Source of the DNA: the human T2T-CHM13v2.0 reference genome, Homo sapiens
DNA: 64,000 nucleotides
Reading direction: 5' to 3' (one strand)
Assembly: GCF_009914755.1 (NCBI RefSeq)
Contig: NC_060936.1
Both the position numbers and the translations under genes were made by a program. The notes under the pieces were generated by a model. It was not told where the DNA came from. It was given only the letters and a program-made list of their open reading frames with translations, and made no database searches. Below are positions 27,293 to 47,983 of this stretch, in pieces. Position 1 is the first letter of the stretch, and every line of letters begins with the position of its first letter.

Positions 27293-29522
27293 ATGTGAAC
27301 ACTGGAAGCTTCCACGACTACCACATGCTGTTCCCTCTGTCCAGGGTTGGGATGCGGGGAGTGGGGGATTCTTCTCCAGCCACATGGTTCAGCTTGACAA
27401 CCTGGCTAATATCTAAAAACTTAGCTTAATTCTCAGTTCTGTAGAAAGTTTTCTCTAACCTTCCCCGCCTCTCTCCACCCTTCCCTCCTCAAATCTGTGC
27501 CAAATGATGGTGTCTTCAGTATATCGTATTATAATATACAGAGCACAGGTTTTGGAGTACCAAATATACACATCCATCCACTGCATGTTGGCTTTGTGAA
27601 CTTAACAGAGCCTGGATTCTCTCAGGCTTCACATAGAAATGAAGGATAATTGCATTAAAATATATTTTTAAGTACCTAGAATGTAAACTCATGTTTTGTT
27701 TTATGTTGGGTTGACTGAATTTTTGTTTATTGAGTATATGTCTGGTTTATGTGGGAAGTGCTGCCTGCCCTGAGGAGTTTTCCTTCTTCTAAATACAGAA
27801 TCTTCCACTTCCTCGGAGTTTGCTCCAGAATATAAATCAACATCAAGAAATTCCTGCTTTAAAATAAAAATTTGGCTGAACTAACAAGTATGCTAAGTGA
27901 CGTAGGTAATATTTTTCTTGGTACAAGCTCTGTACAAGCTTGCAGAGTAGTAACAATGGTGGGTGAATTTCAACTGGTTCATGGACACTTTTTGAATAGC
28001 TCTGACCTTCCTGATCCAGCAACTGGTGGGTGTATGACTCAAGTTGGTCCAAAGTACTTCACAGATACTTCCATACAGTATTTCAGAGACACGACCACAT
28101 AATAATATGGAAGATGGTTTAGAGACGGCTTCTTTCTTCTTTTGAGACATCTCAAAGTAAAAATAATGAGTCTGAAGCTGCAAAGAGGATATTAAAGTGA
28201 AGACAGGTCATTGACAATAATAAAACACCAGATAAAATAGATTCTTCAAATAATGGAAAGAAAAATATACCAAATAAAAAGATTTGAAATTAATATTATT
28301 AAAATTCATATCAGATACTCTCATTTTCCACATCTCTCACATCAAATAACAGACAACCTAAATCATATTTTAGAAATAGATTTCTTCTTTAAAAAACACT
28401 CCTACAAGACAGGATTTAGAAAATCACATTAAAGAAATAAACACATATAAGTAGAGTTATCCTGATTAACGTGACAGTGGTAGTTCCCAAGCCTTAATTA
28501 CTATGTGCCCTTTCGGGTCACCCTCACTCACCCATACACTCCTACAATGGATGCCATCCTGGAATAATTTTAACATTACTGACAGGCTGATTTAAAAGTC
28601 TGTTCAAGCTTCAAAAATCTATAATTTGTTGCATTTGCTCTTAAGGGCTGTTAACCTCACTAATTTGCCAGAAAACTCTCACAGAAGCAAATAACTACAG
28701 TAGACAAACAGATTTATTAGGAACATAATTTCAGAATGCATTTTTGCTTTTATCTAATAATGAATAGGAAATATAAACTGTGGAAAATATGTGTGTTTCC
28801 AGAGGAATAAAATCTAGATAAAAATATGGAATGAAATATATCCAGGTATAAAGATAGAATAAAAAATACTTATCCCCAGATTCCATCTGCTTAGTACCAA
28901 TGGAATGTCAATAAATTTATCCCATTCAATCCAGGCATGAAATTTAGCCTTAGTAGACCACATTTAGGCAGTTCACTATTCTTCCTTTGCCCATTCCCCT
29001 CATGAAAACAGATTTCAACACTTCAAATGACTTTCAGACCACTAATCCTACTGCCAGCTGCTGCAATACAACTTGAGTTTTGGCTATGAAAGGCACTATT
29101 GTCTGCTCAAATATTTATACTTTGGCACATCTTTTTAACAGGTGCTATCTAGAAAAAGAGGCTAAGTATCAAGAGGCATTACAGGTGCTAGAGAAAAGTT
29201 TCCCGAAATGAAACTAACTCATTTTATTGGGACAGACTTTCTTCATGGCACCTGTGACTTTTTAGGTATAGTTTAGTCAATCTATGCTGAAATCGTTAGT
29301 TGCTGTAGCAGTTGGTTTTGAGAGCTCCCAAATTTAGTTCCCATACAAATATGTAACTGCTTGAATGGAGAATAGAGGCTATTCCCAAGTTATTTATGTA
29401 TAACAGCAATGGTTCTACCATTGTTAATTTGAAAGCTACCTAAAAAAATAAAAATAAAAAACATATTAAAAATGTGTAGGTTATTTGTCCTAGATATAAT
29501 AGTTAAAAGAATTCATATCAGA

Positions 29523-29814
<292 letters not shown>

Positions 29815-30228
29815 AAAAGAATTCATATCAGAGTGCTGGCAATAATAAATTGGGTGAATTAAACATTTTTGTGCAATGAGAACAAAATTGAAAGCCCCTA
29901 GAATGGGTTGGGGCAGAAAACTACAGCTTAGATGTTTTTTACTGCCTCTTATGCGAATGTGCACTTTGTAGATATGTCTGAAGTTTTGAGTTTTCATAGT
30001 TCTAGGTCGCTTTTCATTTAATAATTCATTCTAGTATGAGTTAAAGGAAGTCTCACAAAAGACACCTATTTTTGTCAGAGGCCTGAGTTATTTCAAAGTG
30101 GACTCTAAATGAAATCACTGTATTCATATATAAGGAGCCGTCACATTTGGCCATAAAAAGCTATGTTATATAGGAAAAAAATGTACATCTCAAACTAATA
30201 TTTTTAACAGATGTTTTCAGGCATAGTT

Positions 30229-30230
<2 letters not shown>

Positions 30231-30282
<52 letters not shown>

Positions 30283-30325
30283 ATATGTAGTTCTATCTAT
30301 CATCTATCTATGTATCTATCTATCT
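30231..30325. repeat. Compound (TA)n(GA)n and (TCTA)n microsatellite
   Basis: Visible directly in the sequence. Confidence 0.95.
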
Positions 30326-30453
30326 AGAGAGTCATATAGTTTTTTCTTAAAATTCATTAAGTTCTAATAAAGGTAAATATTTTATCGGGAAAAAAGCCAC
30401 CAAATAATTCCCTTGTTTCAAAATTATCAATAAATTTTTATTTCTTGATTTTT

Positions 30454-31428
30454 GGGGTTCCAAGATGGCCAAATAGGAATAGCTCCAGTCTACAGCTCCC
30501 ACCATGAGCGACTCAGAAGACAGGTGATTTCTGCATTTCCAACTGAGGTACCGGGTTTATCTCACTGAGGCTTGTTGGACAGTGGGTGCAGCCCAGGGAG
30601 CATGAGCCAAAGCAGGGTGGGGCATCACCTCACCTGGGAAGCACAAGGGGTGAGGGAATTCCCTTTCCTAGTCAAGGGAAGCTGTGACAGACGGTACCTG
30701 GAAAATCAGAACACACCCAGCTTAATACTGTGCTTTTCCAATGGTCTTGGCAAATGGCACACCAGGAGACTATATCCCACACCTGGCTTGGAGGGTCCTA
30801 TGCCCACGGAGCCTCGCTCACTGCTAGCACAGCAGTGATCAAACTGCAAGGTGGCAGCGAGGCTGGGGGAGGGGCCATTGCTGAGGATTGTGTAGGTAAA
30901 CAAAGCAGCCAGGAAGCTGGACCTGGGTGGAGCCCACCACAGCTCAGGGAGGCAGGCTTGCCTCCGTAGACTCCACCTCTGGGGGCAGGGCATAGCTGAA
31001 CAAAAGGCAGCAGAAACTTCTGCAGACTTAAACATACCTGTCTGACAGCTTTGAATAGGGTAGTGGTTCTCCCAGCACTTAGTTTGAGATATGAGAACTG
31101 ACAGACTGCCTCCTCAAGTGGGTCCCTGACCCTGAGTAGCCTAACTGGGAGACACCTCCCAGTGGGGGCTGACTGACAGCCGGGTGACCCTCTGAGATGA
31201 AGCTTCCAGAGGAATGATCAGGCAGCAACATTTGCTGTTCTGCAATATTTGCTCTTCTGCAGCCTCTGCTGGTGATACCCAGGCAAACAGGGTCTGGAGT
31301 GGACCTCCGGCAAACTCCAACGGACCTGCAGCTGAGGGTCCTGACTGCTGGAAGAAAACTAACAAACAGAAAGGACATCTACACTAAAACCCCATCATCA
31401 AAGACCAAAGGTAGATAAAACCACAAAG
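30454..31428 (+). promoter_or_regulatory. L1 5' UTR internal promoter region with a YY1 motif
   Basis: CAAGATGGCC at 30461-30470 is the known L1 YY1 site. The CpGs are largely decayed, so activity is unproven. Confidence 0.65.
30706..30878 (-). pseudogene. Frameshifted L1 antisense ORF0
   Basis: The ATG at 30878 gives MAPPPASLPPCSLI and then shifts frame. The ORF0-like remainder CCASSERGSVGIGPSKPGVGYSLLV lies in the other frame (track ORF 30706-31035). Confidence 0.7.
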
Positions 31429-32455
31429 ATGGGGAGAAACCAGAGCAGAAACGCTAGAAATTCTAAAAATCAGAGTGCCTCTTCTTTTCCAAAGGAACGC
31501 AGCTCCTCACCAGCAATGAAACAAAGCTAGGCAGAGAATGATGATTTTGACAAGCTGTCAGAAGTAGGCTTCAAAAGATCAGTAATAACAAACTTCTCTG
31601 AGCTAAAGGAGGATGTTCGAAACCATCACAAAGAAGCTAAAAACCTTGGAAAAAGATTAGATGAATGGCTAACTAGAATAAACAGCGTAGAGAAGACCTA
31701 AATGATGTCATGTAGCTGAAAAACATGGCATGAGAACTACGTGATGAACGCACAAGCTTCAGTAGCCGATTCGATCAACTGGAAGAAAGGGTATCAGTGA
31801 TTAAAGATCAAATGAATGAAATGAATCCAGAAGAGAAGTTTAGAGAAAAAAGAGTAAAAAGAAATCAACAAAGCTTCCAAGAAATATGGGACTTCGTGAA
31901 AAGACCAAATCAATGTCTGAATGGTGTACCTGAAAGTGATGGGGAGAATGGAATCAAGTTGGAAAACACTCTGCAGGACATTATCCAGAAGAACTTCCCC
32001 AACTTAGCAAGGCAGGCCAACATTCAAATTCAGGAAATACAGAGAACACCACAAAGATATTCCTTGAGATGAGCAACTCCAAGATACATAATTGCCAGAT
32101 TCACCAAAGTTGAAATGAAGGAAAAAATGTTAAGGGCAGTAAGAGAGAAAGGTCGGGTTACCCACAAAGGGAAGCCCATCAGACTAACAGCTGATCTCTC
32201 AGCAGAAACTCTACAAGTCAGAAGAGAGTGCGGTTAATATTCAACATTCTTAAAGAAAAGAATTTTCAATACAGAATTACATATCCAGCCAAACTAAGCT
32301 TCATAAGTGAAGGAGAAATAAAATCCTTTACATACAAGTAAATGCTGAGAGATTTTGTCAACACCAGCCCTGCCTTACAAGAGCTCCTGAAGGAAGCACT
32401 AAACATGGAAAGGAACAACCTGTATCAGCCACTGCAAAAACATGCCAAATTGTAA
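31429..32455 (+). pseudogene. L1 ORF1p, disrupted
   Basis: ATGGGGAGAAACCAGAGC start and the peptide EKFREKRVKRNQQSFQEIWDFVKRPN. Contains stops and frameshifts. Confidence 0.9.
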
Positions 32456-32518
32456 AGACCATCGATGCTAGGAAGAAACTGCATCAGCTAACAAGCAAAA
32501 TAACCAGCTAACATCATA

Positions 32519-36339
<3,821 letters not shown>

Positions 36340-38806
36340 ACAATGAGAACACTTGGACACATGGTGGGGAACATCACACACCGGGGCCTGTTGTGGGGTC
36401 GGGGGAGGGGGCAGGGATAGCATTAGGAGATATACCTAATGTAAATGACGAGTTAATGAGTGTAGCACACCAACATGGCACATGTATACATATGTAACAA
36501 ACCTGCACGTTGTGCACATGTACCCTAGAACTTAAAGTATAATAAAAATAAAAAAATTATTTCTTGTACTATAAAATTAAATTGCTGCTAATGATAAACA
36601 CAGTTTTTTTATGATCATTCTTTACCTATCCCTCATCCTCTTTTCTACCACTCCTTCCTTTTTATCTTATACTCAAGTATTTCCTCCTCAATGAGTTTAA
36701 TATTGCTTTCTATGCCTAAAACCTCCTAAATACCTGTCATTCACCTTAATGATTCCAGCTCATTCTTTATGTATCATCTGTATGTACTTTTTTTTCAGGG
36801 AAGTCAATCTGAGCATACCTTCACCCTACTCTATCCTCATCTCACTACAGCCTGTGTCTGTGCATTCTGCCCAACATCCCTATCCACTCTTGTGTTTCCC
36901 TTCCTGCTGTGTGTTGTTAAGTCTATCTCACTCACATACCATGGTAATTGTAACGAATCCTTTACTCTCTGTTTTCTCATAAGAATCCCTGAGCTCCTCA
37001 GATACAGAACCGATGTCTTGTTCATCTTTGTATTCCTAGTACTTCTCTTTGTGACTGCACAAGGAGTAACTCATTAATTATTATTAAATAAATATATAAA
37101 TAGACATTTATTCACTGCACCTCCTCCATAGCAATGTTTTCTGTGTAGGGAACAACACATCTTTCTATTATCCATGTTCTGCTAGATAAACTGATCTTGA
37201 AAGAAAAACTTTGGAAGCTTCTTCTGACTCTATAAGGTTATCAGTGAATGTATGGATGGCTTCTGAAGTTAGGTCTTAGGTTTAAAAATAAATGAATTAC
37301 TCTGCATAAAATACATTTTTGTGCCTATACCTATGCCTGTGTATAAAAGTGTCTCATAATTTCTGCTGTTGGTTTAAACAAATGCTTAAATATGGAAATG
37401 TCTGCTTTTAATTGTAAATTGCTGGCATTGCTGTGAAGTAGACCCTTTTCTTAAGCTAAGACCATTACAAAATACAAATGTCTCCTGAAAGCTTTTGTTT
37501 TATGTCGCTTCTGGATACACAAGAAAAGAGGGCTGAGGTTCAAGTTACAGCAGAGAAAAGAGACAGGAACAGCCTCAGGTGATGAGACACAAGAGATTTT
37601 CAGCAGCATCAGAAACTTAGAAGCCAAATGTGCCATGAAATTATAAGCTTCTGGGAATTCACTCTAATCTGGGGAAGGTCACTGGATAGGGATGTGGTTT
37701 AGGATGCTGTAATTTGTTTGCATGTGTTTGTATATCTGTGTCAGTGACTGTACTGATGCAGAAGAATAGTGACTTCAGCAGATTTCTAAGATACATATGA
37801 CTTAACTTGATGCAACTATATTTGAACACTAAATTAACATCAAGAACTATATATGGTTTTGCATATATTCTCAAAAATTTCAAAATATTAGTAGTATTAG
37901 TACCAAAACTTACATTACTATAACATAACAAATACCTCAAAAGCATGTTAGATACAATAAAGAGGAAATTTCAGCTTTAAGAAATAATGAGAAGAAATAT
38001 GGGAATAATAAATAATGATATAATTTTATTTTTAAGAAAAAAAATTTACCTACATAAAATTTAAAAGAGTAAAAAAGAATATTAACTTGTAATTTTACTG
38101 TGCCATTATTTTCACAATAATTTGTACCATCATATTTCTTTATTTCAATATAATTTCACAACCATTAACATATGTTAGCGGAGTATTAATATATGTTATA
38201 CTATATTTTATTTATAAATAATTTAATATAAACAGCTATGCCTTTTTGTGGAAGACTTCTTTAAAACATTTTACTTTATTAAGTTAAACTATGAAATAAA
38301 CATGATCCATTTTTTCATACCATTGTTTAACAGATTTGTAAACCTCTGTACAAAAAGAATGAGTATTTTGCAATCAATTTAATAAAGGATGGAATCCAAA
38401 GGAAAGACAACCACAGTATTTTTCACATAGGAAAAGACCCTCTTCATACGAAATGATAGGGCAGATTCCCACTACAATATGGACTATGTTGTACATCGCT
38501 TTTGTTGTAATTATATTTGTTTAGTGCATTTGATTTTACCAGTTCCTCATGTGTCAAGATGAATCTTGTTATATATAAAGGTGGTCTTGGGAGAATGTGT
38601 AAGTTCTAGGGTTTTTATGTCATTTAGCGTCAGTACTAAGCTTAAGAATTTTCATATTACATTTTATGGGACCTAGATTTTCTCCAAATATCTTGAACGC
38701 TCTCATTGTAATTAGATCACATTTTGCCAAGTAAATTGAGTCATTTACAACCATAAGCAAGTAAGAAAACTGAATATATATATATAGCTATCATATGTAT
38801 ATATAT

Positions 38807-38941
38807 AACTGCTATCATTTCTGCCAAACACCTGTGAGCAGTTCACCAAGCTGTGTATTTTAATTCCAATATTTGAATAAAGGTAAAAACTTATAGCCAA
38901 TGGAACTTTCTTTTCCATTCTTTTTAATCAACTTAAGCTAT
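38807..38941 (+). repeat. 135-bp dispersed direct repeat, copy 1
   Basis: Matches 40116-40250 with 8 substitutions and no gaps (manual alignment). Confidence 0.95.
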
Positions 38942-40115
38942 TTGAAGCACAAAGTGTTCACCTCCAAATAACTTATGCACCAGTCTTTTTTGTAGTAGCC
39001 TATCCCATTTCTTTACTTTAATCAATGGCACTGCAGTGAAGTTAATAGTTCACTGACATCCTAATCACTGTGAGGTCATGCAGCTATTGTTAATATACAA
39101 ATTATGTTATTAGCTTTAAAAATCTTTGTATCATTCTCAGAAAGAAAAACATTTCAATTTTTATTCAGAGAAAGTAGACTTACAATAATATCTGTCCCTG
39201 ACATAGTGAAAATTTCCAGTAAAATACAGATATACTACACTATTTCAATCAAACATTCCATTAATAAGGAATTTAATTATTTTCCTTCCCACCCCTCTTA
39301 TCTTCTGTTCCACTTGCTCAGACTATGTGACAAATTACCTTAAATCTAGTGACATAAAACAGCCTTCATAGACAGATTATTTGGGTTGACTGTACACTAT
39401 CTGATTAATGTAGTCAAGATTCTTGCAGCCAGAGTGGGTAAAAAATGTTACCTAGCAGAAAATTACATTCACCTAACAGCATGTGCTACTCCACCACTGT
39501 GGGCTGGATACGGTGCTAAGAGCTGCAGGAGGCTCTCGATAGGAATTGACATGGATGCTGGTTTGGGAGCTGTTTGGTAATGGAGAGATGAGATGATCCA
39601 CAGTGCTACCTATTACAAGAAGAATCTAGAGGTGGGCTGGGGAGAGCCACTGCAGTTCATTGATGATAAGAGACAGCATAAACCTGGCAAGACTTGATAA
39701 GGAGAGCTTGAATAACCCTGATTTATCAAATGCTGTCTCACATGGAAGGGTTTTAAGCTTCAAAGATGAAAATCCTTGCCAGTTTCTTCTTACAATTACA
39801 ATCATGTGGGTACTTGCAAGTTTTCCAGTACCATAATAGCAAAGGTCTCCCTTTGCTATTATATGCATATGCTACTATTTTCATCATTTGTGTATTTTCA
39901 TCTTTAGTGTAATTTGCTTTAAAGTTTTATTTGCTAGAAATTTTATTTTTAAAATTACAGAGTTAAATGTTAAAAGACTTCTGGAAAATAATGGTTTTGT
40001 AAACCTTTGTGGCTGTTTGGATATTTTCATCATGTTGAAATGCTCTGGAATCTGAGGAAATATGCCAGGTTGTGCTGTCCCTGTTTTTGTTCTTTTTACC
40101 TCATTCTGATAAGCA

Positions 40116-40250
40116 AACTGCTATCATTTCTGCCAAACACCTGTGAGCAGTTCACCAAGCTGTATATTTTAATTCTATTATTTGTATAAAGGTAAAAACT
40201 TATACCCAATGGAACTTTCTTTTCTATTCTTTTTAATCAATTTAAGCCAT
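40116..40250 (+). repeat. 135-bp dispersed direct repeat, copy 2
   Basis: AACTGCTATCATTTCTGCCAAACACCTGTGAGCAGTTCACCAAGCTG... is shared with 38807-38941. Confidence 0.95.
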
Positions 40251-40695
40251 AATATATTTTTTATGGCAAAAATAGGTAAAACTATGCATCACTACGGTTT
40301 TCTCTATTTGCATATAACCTGCTAGAAATTTGAAACAATAGCTCAGACAATTAGGTATAAGGAAATCTTGTCAAATGTAAAAGAAAGGTTTTGTAAACTG
40401 TTTTGTTTTAGGTTTCAACTGCAATTATACAAAATGAGTCTCTAGTTTGTATCTAATGTAAATACAAGGCCCTAGATTGTAATTATTTTCTGTAATTCAA
40501 CTAAAACTTAATATCATGTTTTAATTAGAATTTGTTTTGTTTTGAAAAAAAAAACTTCTTAGTTGAGAAAACACTAGTAAAGGGGAGAATTATTGTACAA
40601 ATTTAAGTAAGGTAATGATGAGATAGGACTCTCATGGAAATGCAGGGGGTCAGGCGTCATAGATAATTGAGTTGGATGTAATTTTAGTTTCAAGG

Positions 40696-41050
40696 TGTCT
40701 TAGTCAGCTTGGGCTTCCATAACAGAAATACCATAGACTGACTGGCTGAAACAAAAGAAATTTATTTCTTATAGTTCTAGAGGTTGAGAAGTTCAAAATT
40801 AAAGCGCCAGCTGATTTAGTTCCTAGTGAGGGATGTATTCCTGGCTGGTGAAAAACACCTTCTCACAATGACCTTGCATGGTGGAGAGAGAAAAGATTCC
40901 ATCTTATCGTCTTATGAGGACATTAACAGCATCATAGGGATCCCATTCTCAAGACTTCATGTAAATCTAAGGACCCACCTTTACCTCCAGATACCCTCAC
41001 TTTTGGTTTTGGGTTTCAACACGGGGGGATACAAATATTCACTCATCTGA
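40696..41050 (-). mobile_element. MLT1A-like MaLR solo LTR
   Basis: TGTCTTAGTCAGCTTGGGCTTCCATAACAGAAATACCATAGACTG...TTTCAACACGGGGGGATACAAATATTC. Confidence 0.85.
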
Positions 41051-41403
41051 ATCAAATACAGTCATCTGGTACAAATATTCAGTCAGACATCTCTAGGGAC
41101 AATAGGAACAGGAGTTTAAGATACTGATTACAGTACTTGGCCATTACCATGACTCAAGAACGTTTTACATCTGTTTCCTTTTTTCTCAGTACCATATGCT
41201 CATTACAGATATTAATCAATGTCTTAGATTTCCTTTAGTTTTTCAGAAACTCTACTCAAAAATGTATCAGGTGATCCTCTGTTAATATTACTCAGAGCAG
41301 ATATTAAGCCAGGTTTATTCTCTCATCACAACTGTATCTTGACTCTGAAAGTGTTTAGATCTCTACTAGAAAAATATTATTCATGTCTTAGAAAAAAATT
41401 TAT

Positions 41404-41788
41404 TCATATAGTTTGGATATTTGTCCCCACCAAAATCTCATCTTAAAATGTAGTGCTCAGTGTTGGAGGTGAGGCCTGGTGGGAGGTGACTGAATCATGG
41501 CGGTGGATTTCTCATAAATGGCTTGGCACCATTCCCTTGGTCATGTCCTCAAGACAGTGAGTGAGTTCTCATGAGAACCGGTCATTTAAAAGTGTGTGGC
41601 ACCTCCAATCAGCCCCTCCTTCTGCTTTTGCCATGTGACATGTGTGGTCCCTGAGGCTTCCCTGAGAAGATGCCGGTGGCATGCTTTTGGTACAGCCTGC
41701 AGAACCATGAGCCAATTAAAGCTCTTTTCTTTATAAATTACCCAGTCTCAGGTATTTTTTTATGGCAGTGAAAGAACAGCCTTACACA
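41404..41788 (+). mobile_element. MST (MSTB-like) solo LTR
   Basis: ATAGTTTGGATATTTGTCCCC...GTACAGCCTGCAGAACCATGAGCCAATTAAA...AAATTACCCAGTCTCAGGTAT. Confidence 0.88.
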
Positions 41789-42995
41789 AGTATAAATGTG
41801 AAACTTAAAAATAACACACAGATGTCCACAGATGAAGGTGGAAATATGACATGGAGGAAAACATGTTCACCTTTAACTTCATGGATAAAGGTAAAATTGA
41901 AATTGTCTAATTTGATTATAAATCTATAACTCATGGACCTACATGCTAAAGGTAAAATGTTATACGTTAGAAAGTACTTGAAAAAAATACTTAATCAAAA
42001 TCAAAAATAGATGAGAGGAGGTGGACTAAGATGGCCAAACAGAAGCCTCCAGCAATTGTCACCCCCATAAGAACACCAAAATGAACAACTATCCACACAA
42101 GAAACCACCTTCATAAGAACCAAAAATTGGATGAATGATCATGGCACATGATTTTAACATCATAACAAGAAAAGAGGCACTGAAGAGGATAGGAAAGAAA
42201 ATCTTGAATTGTTAACACCATCCCTCCCTTATCTCCCAGCAGCATCCATGTTGTACAGGAGGGAATCAGTGCACTTGGGGAAGGCAGAGCACAGCGACTG
42301 TAGGACTTTGCAATGAAACTCAGTGCTGCCTGCCGTAGCAGAAAGCAACACTTGGCAGAATTCAGCTGGCACCCATGGAGGGAACATTTAGACCAGCTCT
42401 AGCCAGAAGGGAATCATCCAACCCAACAGTCAGAACTTGAGCTCTGGCTAGCTCTACCACTGCAGGCTAAAGTGCCCTTGGGTTCTAAATAAACTTGAAT
42501 GGCCATCTAGGACATAAGGACTAAAAGTCCTGGGTATGTCTGGGTACTGTTCTGGGCTTAGAGCCAGTGGACATGGAATGCATGTGACCTGGTAAGACAC
42601 CAGGGAGTGATTGGGTCACCGCTCCCCCAACCCCGGGCAGTGCAACTGCAAGTGCCAGGAGAGATTCCTTTCTTCTTAAAGAGAGAAGAGGAGACAGTAA
42701 TGAGAACTTTGTCTTGCAACTTGGATACCAGTTTAGCCACAGTAGAATAAGGCACCAGGCAGAGAACAGAGGCCCTCATTCCAGGCCCTAGCTCCCAGAT
42801 AACATTTCTAGACATAAAGTGGACCAGAAGGGAGCACACTGCCTTGAAGGGAAGGACTCAGCTTTGGAAGGATCCATCACCAGGTGACTAAAGAGCCCTT
42901 GGTCCTTGAATAAACATCAGTGGTAGCCAGGTAGTACTCACTACGAGCCTGGAGTAATACTCAGGGCCATACTGGCTTCAGGTCAGAACCATCTA

Positions 42996-47114
<4,119 letters not shown>

Positions 47115-47679
47115 GACCATCTAGGAAAACATGACCTCACCAAACTAAATAAGGCACCACTAACTCATCCTAGATGTATGTGACCTTTCAGACAGAGAAT
47201 TATAAAAGTTGTTTTAAGGAAGCTCAAAAACATTCAAGATAACACAGAGAAGGAATTCAGAATTTTACCTGATGAATTTAACATTGAAATTAAAATGATA
47301 TTTAAAAATCAAGCAGAAATTCTAGAGCTGAAAAATTCAACTGCTATACTGAAGAATGCATCAGAGTCTCTGCAGCAGAGCTGATCAAGCAGAAGAAAAA
47401 TCAGTGTAATTGAAGACAAGCTATTTGAAAATGCACAGTTGGGGAGACAAAGAATAAAAAAGAAAGAAGCATACCTACAAGATCTAGAAAATAGCCTCAA
47501 AAGGGTAAATCTAAGAGTTATTGGCCTTAAAGAGGAGGTAGACAGAAATATCAGGGTGGAAAGCTTATTGAAAGGGATAATCACAAAGAACATTACAAAT
47601 CTAGAGAAAAATATTCATATTCAAATAAAAGAAGGTTGCAGAACACCTAAGGAAGATTAAACTCAAATAAGACTACCTC

Positions 47680-47983
47680 TTCTCAGCAAACTATCGCAAG
47701 GACAAAAAACCAAACACCGCATGTTCTCACTCATAGGTGGGAATTGAACAATGAGAACACATGGACACAGGAAGGGGAACATAACACACCGGGTCCTGTT
47801 GTGGGCTGGGGGGAGCGGGGAGGGATAGCATTAGGAGATATACCTAATGTTAAATGCCGAGTTAATGGGTGCAGCACACCAACATGGCACATGTATACAT
47901 ATGTAAGAAACCTGCACGTTGTGCACATGTACCCTAAAACTTAAAGTATAATTAAAAAAACAGAAAATTACAAGGAAATAAAA
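47680..47983 (+). mobile_element. Short L1PA4-like 3' end nested in the L1MA ORF1
   Basis: L1 3' UTR flanked by a perfect TSD AAGACTACCTC (47669-47679, 47984-47994). Confidence 0.93.

Noticed and set aside
27843-28183. Three overlapping ORFs as a protein-coding gene
   Set aside because: I see no recognisable homology or domain. The region is kept only as a speculative exon.
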